A stretch of 64,000 nucleotides of DNA, from NCBI GenBank assembly GCA_048538235.1, contig JBLYPX010000001.1, positions 328,013 through 392,012 of the forward strand, written 5' to 3'. The notes beneath the pieces were generated by a model that worked only from the letters and a program-made list of their open reading frames with translations, had not been told where the DNA came from and searched no databases. The position numbers were made by a program, and so were the translations under genes. The stretch comes from Candidatus Komeilibacteria bacterium (GTDB lineage Bacteria; Patescibacteriota; Patescibacteriia; UBA1558). This document shows positions 58,622 to 64,000 of this stretch, in pieces; positions within the stretch are counted from its first letter, which is position 1; each line of letters begins with the position of its first letter.

Positions 58622-58650
58622 TTGACATTTATCATAATTTAATATATATT
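58622..58650 (+). promoter_or_regulatory. Putative promoter of tRNA-Gln
   Basis: TTGACA-17 nt-TATATT. Confidence 0.35.
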
Positions 58651-58668
58651 TATTACCGTTATTTACAA

Positions 58669-58742
58669 TCGGAGATCGTCTAATGGTAGGACACCTGGTT
58701 TTGGTCCAGGCAATCGGGGTTCGAATCCCTGTCTCCGAACCA
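58669..58742 (+). tRNA. tRNA-Gln (anticodon TTG)
   Basis: TCGGAGA...TCTCCGA acceptor stem, anticodon loop TTTTGGT, T-loop GGTTCGAATCC, encoded CCA. Confidence 0.8.
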
Positions 58743-58744
58743 TC

Positions 58745-58776
58745 AAAAAACTACTAATTTCTATTAGTAGTTTTTT
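58745..58776. terminator. Bidirectional intrinsic terminator (tRNA-Gln / pyrG)
   Basis: AACTACTAAT-TTCT-ATTAGTAGTT flanked by A- and T-runs. Confidence 0.7.
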
Positions 58777-58785
58777 GTATATATT

Positions 58786-60477
58786 CTATTTTGTTGAAGC
58801 TTTAATGAATTCTATAAATAATGGATGTGGTTTATTAGGCCTACTCTTATACTCTGGATGACCTTGAGTTGCTATAAAGAATGGATGAATCTTTTTAGGA
58901 AGTTCAATCATTTCTACAAACATATTATCTGGTGATGTACCAGCAAATATTAAACCATTATCTCTTAATACATCTCTAAAGTCATTATTAAATTCAAATC
59001 TATGTCTATGCCTTTCACTAATAACACAATTACCTTCTGCTTTAATATTATTATTCTTTTTAAAGAAATCTGTTACTTCTTTACAGTCTTCATACTTTTT
59101 ATATATCTTAGCTATCTCAGTATCGTCTTTTAAAAAGCAATCATATGCACCTAGTCTCATAGAAGTATTCTTTCCCTTAATTGTCTGGTACTTAGAATCC
59201 ATTGGTATGTCATGTATGATTGGATATTTTGTATCTGGATCAATTTCTACAGTATTAGCACCCTTAAGTCCTGCTACATTACGAGCATATTCTACACAAG
59301 CAAGTTGCATACCATAGCATAAACCTAAATATGGTATTTTATTCTCTCTAGCAAATTTAATTGTCATTATTTTACCTTCAGCACCCCTTGCACCCCAACC
59401 AATAGGTACAATAATACCATCTGGTTTACCTATTAATTTAATACCTTTATTCTCAATATCTTCTGTATTAACAAACTTAAGTTCTGTATTAATATTTAAA
59501 TGCCAGCCAGCGTGCTTAATAGCTTCTATTAAAGCAGCGTATGAGTCAGATAATTCATAATCTCCAGTAGCAAAGTATTTACCAGCAATAACTATTTTAA
59601 CTTTTTTGGTTTTCTTTCTTTTAATCTTTGTTACTAATTTTCTCCATTCAGTTAAACTTTGCTTTCTGTAATTTAACTTAAACTCCTTTAATATCTTTCT
59701 ATCGAATTCCTGTTGTGCAAATATTAATGGTATTTCATAAATAGTACCGACATCTGGTGACATCACAACATTATCCCCAGGTACAGAACACTTTAAGCCA
59801 AGTAAATATCTTCTTCTTTTATCTAGAGTGGCTGTTGATCTTAATACCAAAAACTCTGGATGAATACCCATACTCATTACTGTACGTATAGACAATTGAG
59901 TAGGCATTGTCTTTGGTTCACCAATATGTACTGGCAATGGAACATAAGAAACGTGAACATTAATAACAAGCTCTGGTTCTTTTGCCTTCATTATTCTACA
60001 AGCTTCATAGTAAAGCATGTTTTGGTATTCACCAGCTGTACCACCAAGTTCTATTATTAAAATATCGTGTCCTTCACCTGCTTTTTTAATCCTGCTTATT
60101 ATTTCATCTGTAATATGTGGAATAGCCTCTACATCTTCACCGTTGTAACCAAAAGATCTTTCTCTATCTATAACTGTCTTATATATCTGACCGATGGTTG
60201 TAAAATTTCTATGACCCATATCATAATCTAGAAATCTTTCATAAGTTCCTAAGTCCATATCTGCTTCAAGACCATCCTCACATAAAAAAGCATCCCCATG
60301 TTCAATGGGGTTGATAGTGCCTGAATCTATGTTCAGATAGTTTTCACATTTTATTACTCCAACTTTATATCCTCTATTTTGAAGTAAGAAACCAAGAGAT
60401 GCGGCCACGACGCCCTTACCTAGTCCAGATAAGACGCCTCCAGAGACAAATATGTATCTAGTTTGCTTGGTTATCAT
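58786..60477 (-). CDS. pyrG: CTP synthase
   Basis: N-terminal synthetase domain (VSGGVLSGLGKG) and C-terminal glutaminase (GLCYGMQ). Confidence 0.9.
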   Translation of the reverse strand: MITKQTRYIFVSGGVLSGLGKGVVAASLGFLLQNRGYKVGVIKCENYLNIDSGTINPIEHGDAFLCEDGLEADMDLGTYERFLDYDMGHRNFTTIGQIYKTVIDRERSFGYNGEDVEAIPHITDEIISRIKKAGEGHDILIIELGGTAGEYQNMLYYEACRIMKAKEPELVINVHVSYVPLPVHIGEPKTMPTQLSIRTVMSMGIHPEFLVLRSTATLDKRRRYLLGLKCSVPGDNVVMSPDVGTIYEIPLIFAQQEFDRKILKEFKLNYRKQSLTEWRKLVTKIKRKKTKKVKIVIAGKYFATGDYELSDSYAALIEAIKHAGWHLNINTELKFVNTEDIENKGIKLIGKPDGIIVPIGWGARGAEGKIMTIKFARENKIPYLGLCYGMQLACVEYARNVAGLKGANTVEIDPDTKYPIIHDIPMDSKYQTIKGKNTSMRLGAYDCFLKDDTEIAKIYKKYEDCKEVTDFFKKNNNIKAEGNCVISERHRHRFEFNNDFRDVLRDNGLIFAGTSPDNMFVEMIELPKKIHPFFIATQGHPEYKSRPNKPHPLFIEFIKASTK

Positions 60478-60913
60478 CTTTAATGTTTAAAATTATCTTC
60501 TTTTTAATATTATTTATTGAAAATTCTACTTCTTGTTTTCCCAATTCTTTAACTACTGTTATTAATTTAATGGTTAAATTTCCTTTAGGTATCCCTAATT
60601 GACTTTCTAATGCTTTAATAAACTCTGCATCTTGCAGGGCTGCATATAGATGTCCCTTTTCATTAGCTGTGCTGTGAATATTTAAAACTGAATCTTTCTT
60701 AATTTTATTTACAGCTGTATTTAATTCAAGGTCCTTATTCTTTTTAACCTTAGATACTTTTGTAGCAATATTTTTATACATTTCCCTATTCTTGGCAGAA
60801 TCTTTAACAGCTAATCCTTGCTTAATTAAAAAATTAGTAGCAAAACCTGCTTTAACATCTACAACTTCTCCAACCTTACCGTAATTACATTTGTTTATTA
60901 TTACTACTTTCAT
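60458..60913 (-). CDS. rplI: 50S ribosomal protein L9
   Basis: MKVVIINKCNYGKVGEVVDVKAGFATNFLI... Confidence 0.85.
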   Translation of the reverse strand: MKVVIINKCNYGKVGEVVDVKAGFATNFLIKQGLAVKDSAKNREMYKNIATKVSKVKKNKDLELNTAVNKIKKDSVLNIHSTANEKGHLYAALQDAEFIKALESQLGIPKGNLTIKLITVVKELGKQEVEFSINNIKKKIILNIKDDNQAN

Positions 60914-62151
60914 TCTAATTCATTAATTATTCTTAAAGCTTCATCTAATTGATTATCTCCATCATTGTTATATACTTCTTCATCAAACTCTACAATCTGA
61001 TCTGGTTCAATACCAACTTCATTAATAGCTCTACCTTTTGGTGTTAACCACTCTGCAACTGTTATTTTAATAGCTGAACCATCAGATAATGACTCAAGTT
61101 CTTGAACAGATCCTTTACCAAATGTTTGTTCACCAATAATTGTAGCAAGTCCATAATCTTGTAAAGCACCAGCTAAAATCTCTGAAGCTGAAGCAGAGCC
61201 ACCATTAACAATAACTACTGTTGGAATATCTGCTAAAACAGCTCTACCAGATGATCTGTAATCGTGGTTTTTACTTTCATCATAGAAAGACTCTTTTACA
61301 ACCACATCATTATCTATCCAATAACCAGCAATCTGTATAGCTACATCTAAAAAGCCACCCGGATCATTTCTTAAATCTACTACCAGCTTATCTATATTTT
61401 GATCAAGCAAATTTGTAATTTCTGTTTTAAATCTTTTACTAGTATCTTCATTAAAATGTGTAATTCTAATATATCCAACATTATTCTCCTTAACTTCGCT
61501 CTGTACACTTAATATTTTAATAGTATCTCTAATAATTGGTATTTCAATAGCTTCAGTATCTGTTTTATGTAATATTGTTAAAACAACTTCAGTACCACCT
61601 TCGCCACGAATTAAATTAACTGCTCTATCTGTAGACATGCCTGTTGTGTCCAGACCATCAATAGCAAGTATTTTATCTCCGGCTCTTATACCAGCTTTAT
61701 CTGCAGGAGTATCTGGCAGTGGAGCAATAATTGTTAATCTATTCTGTTTAATACCAATCTCAGCACCAATGCCTTCAAATCTACCAGATAATTCCTCTGT
61801 AAATTTATCTGCTACTTCAGGATTGAAAAATACTGAATAAGGATCACCTAAAGCAGCCACAGAGCCAGCCAGTGAGCCATAGAATAGATCAATGTCATGA
61901 ATCTCATCCTTATGTAGATATTTCTGCTTAGCTATATTCCAAACCTGCCAGAAAAGATCAAAATTTACATCATTACCCAAATATGATGGCACATCTGTTA
62001 CTTCTACATCTCCATATTCAAAAGCTAAATCTTGGTCTAATTTAGATATTAAACCAATAGCTAAACCAATAAAAAAGGCTAAAATAATTAAAACAATTAC
62101 CACCAATGTGGTAATGTTTTTTTTCTTATCTGTTGTTATTTCATCAATCAT
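60910..62151 (-). CDS. Carboxyl-terminal processing protease (S41)
   Basis: N-terminal TM, PDZ, and S41 catalytic region (GGSASASE...K). Confidence 0.8.
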   Translation of the reverse strand: MIDEITTDKKKNITTLVVIVLIILAFFIGLAIGLISKLDQDLAFEYGDVEVTDVPSYLGNDVNFDLFWQVWNIAKQKYLHKDEIHDIDLFYGSLAGSVAALGDPYSVFFNPEVADKFTEELSGRFEGIGAEIGIKQNRLTIIAPLPDTPADKAGIRAGDKILAIDGLDTTGMSTDRAVNLIRGEGGTEVVLTILHKTDTEAIEIPIIRDTIKILSVQSEVKENNVGYIRITHFNEDTSKRFKTEITNLLDQNIDKLVVDLRNDPGGFLDVAIQIAGYWIDNDVVVKESFYDESKNHDYRSSGRAVLADIPTVVIVNGGSASASEILAGALQDYGLATIIGEQTFGKGSVQELESLSDGSAIKITVAEWLTPKGRAINEVGIEPDQIVEFDEEVYNNDGDNQLDEALRIINELE

Positions 62152-62190
62152 AAAAGAATTATACCAGAATCGCTATAACCTGCCAATAAA

Positions 62191-63450
62191 TTATTCTTCT
62201 ACCCTTTTAATATCTACACCAATATTTGTTAATCTCTCTACAATATTCTCATAACCCCTCTCAATCTGGTATATATTCCCTATTTCTGTCTCACCCTCTG
62301 CAATTGTAGCAGCTATTACCATAGCAATACCAGCTCTTAAATCTGGGCTCTCTACTTTCTTACCATATAGTTTAACCCTGCCCTGAACAATTACTCTGTG
62401 TGGATCACACTGAATAATATTAGCACCCATAGTGTTTAATTTATCTGTGTATAGTAATCTACTCTCATAAATAGTTTCATGTACAAGACTTAAACCTTCT
62501 GCTTGAGTAAGAAGTACTGTCATGGGTGGCTGCATATCTGTTGGAAAGCCAGGATATTCATGAGTAGCTATTTTAATAGCTTTTAATTCCTTAGCCTTCT
62601 TAACTTTAATTGTATCTTTACCAACTTCTAAATTAACACCCATTTGCTCAAATATCCTTAGAGGCACTGCTAAATGTTTTGGTTCACAATTAGTTATTGT
62701 TAACTCTGCATTATTGGCAGCAGCTAAACAAATAAATGTACCAACCTCTATTCTATCTGGCATAACAGTATACTCCACGCCTTTTAATTCTTTAACACCC
62801 TCAATAGTAATATATGGTGTACCTGCTCCAGAAATTTTAGCACCCATCATATTAAGCATCTCAGCTAAGGCCAGAACCTCTGGTTCACAAGCTGCATTGT
62901 CTATATGGGTTGTTCCTTCAGCTAGAACAGCTGCTAAGATCATAGATTCTGTACCCGTATGACTTATTTGAGGAAATACAATTTCTGCACCCTTAACTTT
63001 AGATGCTTCAAAATGATAAGCTTCATCTTTGTACTTAACATCTCCACCAAATTTACTAAACCCATCAATAAAGAAATCTATTGGTCTTTTACCAATAATA
63101 CATCCACCTGGATGAGGTAGAGTTACTTTTTTAAACCTACCAAGTAGTGGAGCTATTAACATAATGGAGCTTCTTAGTTTTTTAGCAAGCTCTGTATCTA
63201 TTTCTGTTGTTTTAATATTATCTGCTTTTAAACTAAAGCTACCATTACCCAAATCTTTTACAGTAACTCCTAGTTCTTTAATAATATCTATTAAAATATG
63301 TATATCCTGAATATCTGGAACATTATGGATGATACATTCCTTACTAGTAAGAAGTGTGGCTGGTAATAATTTTAAGGCATTATTCTTAGCACCAGCAACC
63401 TTAATATTTCCGCTTATTTTTTTGTTTCCTTGAATTATATACTTTGACAT
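62191..63450 (-). CDS. murA: UDP-N-acetylglucosamine 1-carboxyvinyltransferase
   Basis: EPT family with motifs GAKNNALKLL and PGFPTDMQ. Confidence 0.9.
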   Translation of the reverse strand: MSKYIIQGNKKISGNIKVAGAKNNALKLLPATLLTSKECIIHNVPDIQDIHILIDIIKELGVTVKDLGNGSFSLKADNIKTTEIDTELAKKLRSSIMLIAPLLGRFKKVTLPHPGGCIIGKRPIDFFIDGFSKFGGDVKYKDEAYHFEASKVKGAEIVFPQISHTGTESMILAAVLAEGTTHIDNAACEPEVLALAEMLNMMGAKISGAGTPYITIEGVKELKGVEYTVMPDRIEVGTFICLAAANNAELTITNCEPKHLAVPLRIFEQMGVNLEVGKDTIKVKKAKELKAIKIATHEYPGFPTDMQPPMTVLLTQAEGLSLVHETIYESRLLYTDKLNTMGANIIQCDPHRVIVQGRVKLYGKKVESPDLRAGIAMVIAATIAEGETEIGNIYQIERGYENIVERLTNIGVDIKRVEE

Positions 63451-63513
63451 ATAGTATTAAATTATGTATAAATATAGCTGTTTATATTCTATATTATTTC
63501 AACAGATTAAACA

Positions 63514-64000
63514 ATGGAAAAGCTTTACCAAAAAAGAATAGCGTGGATAGGATTTGTAGTCCTATTTTTTCTAATTCTACCCGTTCTTTTCTCTCAAGCT
63601 TTAGGTTATAAATACAACTCAGATAAGCACAAATTTGAAGCAACTGGCATACTATTTGTTAAAACTTATCCTAGAGATGCACAGCTTATCTTAAACGATA
63701 AAGCGATGGATGACAAGACCCCTTGGCAACAACCAAAATTATTACCTGGAGTATATAATTTAAAGATTACCAAACCTAATTATTTAGACTGGGAAAAGAA
63801 TATTACAATCTATGAACATACCACAACATTTGTTGAAGATATTGTTCTATTCAAAAGATCATTACCCTCTCCTGTTAAAAAATTTGAGCTATTAGATTCT
63901 TTAACACAAGATAATAGAATACACATATTATTGGGTAAGAATAATAATATGATCTCTATTGTTAAATATAATGTTAATTCAGATCAGTGGGATATTATTA
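63514..64000 (+). CDS. PEGA-domain membrane protein, N-terminal part; 3' end lies outside the window
   Basis: ATG at 63514, TM helix, PEGA-like FVKTYPRDAQLILND...PGVYNLKITKPNYLDWEKNITI. No stop before the window end. Confidence 0.55.
   Translation, partial: MEKLYQKRIAWIGFVVLFFLILPVLFSQALGYKYNSDKHKFEATGILFVKTYPRDAQLILNDKAMDDKTPWQQPKLLPGVYNLKITKPNYLDWEKNITIYEHTTTFVEDIVLFKRSLPSPVKKFELLDSLTQDNRIHILLGKNNNMISIVKYNVNSDQWDII

Noticed and set aside
1-64000. Search for CRISPR arrays, rRNA genes, transposase or integrase genes and phage structural genes
   Set aside because: No regularly spaced direct repeats, no rRNA-like conserved blocks, and no ORFs with transposase, integrase or capsid motifs were seen. 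The accessory stretch appears to lack a recognisable mobility gene.

Overview
This 64-kb window reads as a low-GC (~30%) bacterial chromosome with the look of a reduced-genome, CPR/Patescibacteria-like organism. Pointers to that: genes are short and tightly packed or overlapping, AlaRS lacks the C-Ala domain, RpoA lacks the CTD, and SD sequences are AAGGAGG. Housekeeping content follows.
- Translation factors: partial lepA, infA.
- Cell division: ftsB-like, ftsE/ftsX, ftsQ-like.
- Four tRNAs.
- A dcw-type peptidoglycan operon: mraY-murD-ftsW-murG-murC-murB.
- secA and mnmA.
- Aminoacyl-tRNA synthetases: alaS, lysS, serS, gltX.
- A ribosomal-protein/rpoA operon: infA-rpmJ-rpsM-rpsK-rpsD-rpoA-rplQ-rplM-rpsI.
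- def-fmt, pyrG, rplI, ctpA-like, murA.
- A Wzx/Wzy-type glycan cluster with five glycosyltransferases.
An accessory stretch runs from about 25.9 to 37.5 kb. It holds small membrane proteins, a tandem pair of paralogous small basic proteins, an M50 protease, a DEDDh exonuclease, a ParD/ParE-like toxin-antitoxin pair with a palindromic operator, a cluster of small membrane peptides with duplicated terminators, and a type II restriction-modification pair with neighbours of unknown function.
The most unusual locus is an ORF-poor island with GC-rich cores at 18.8-20.1 kb, between mnmA and alaS. It has three units, each built as promoter-like AT tract, perfect SD, a mini-ORF of 14-36 codons, then an intrinsic terminator. 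The third unit carries a ~500-nt GC-rich (~50%), hairpin-dense leader. The first unit reuses the promoter of the toxin-antitoxin locus. No rRNA, CRISPR array or transposase was found.
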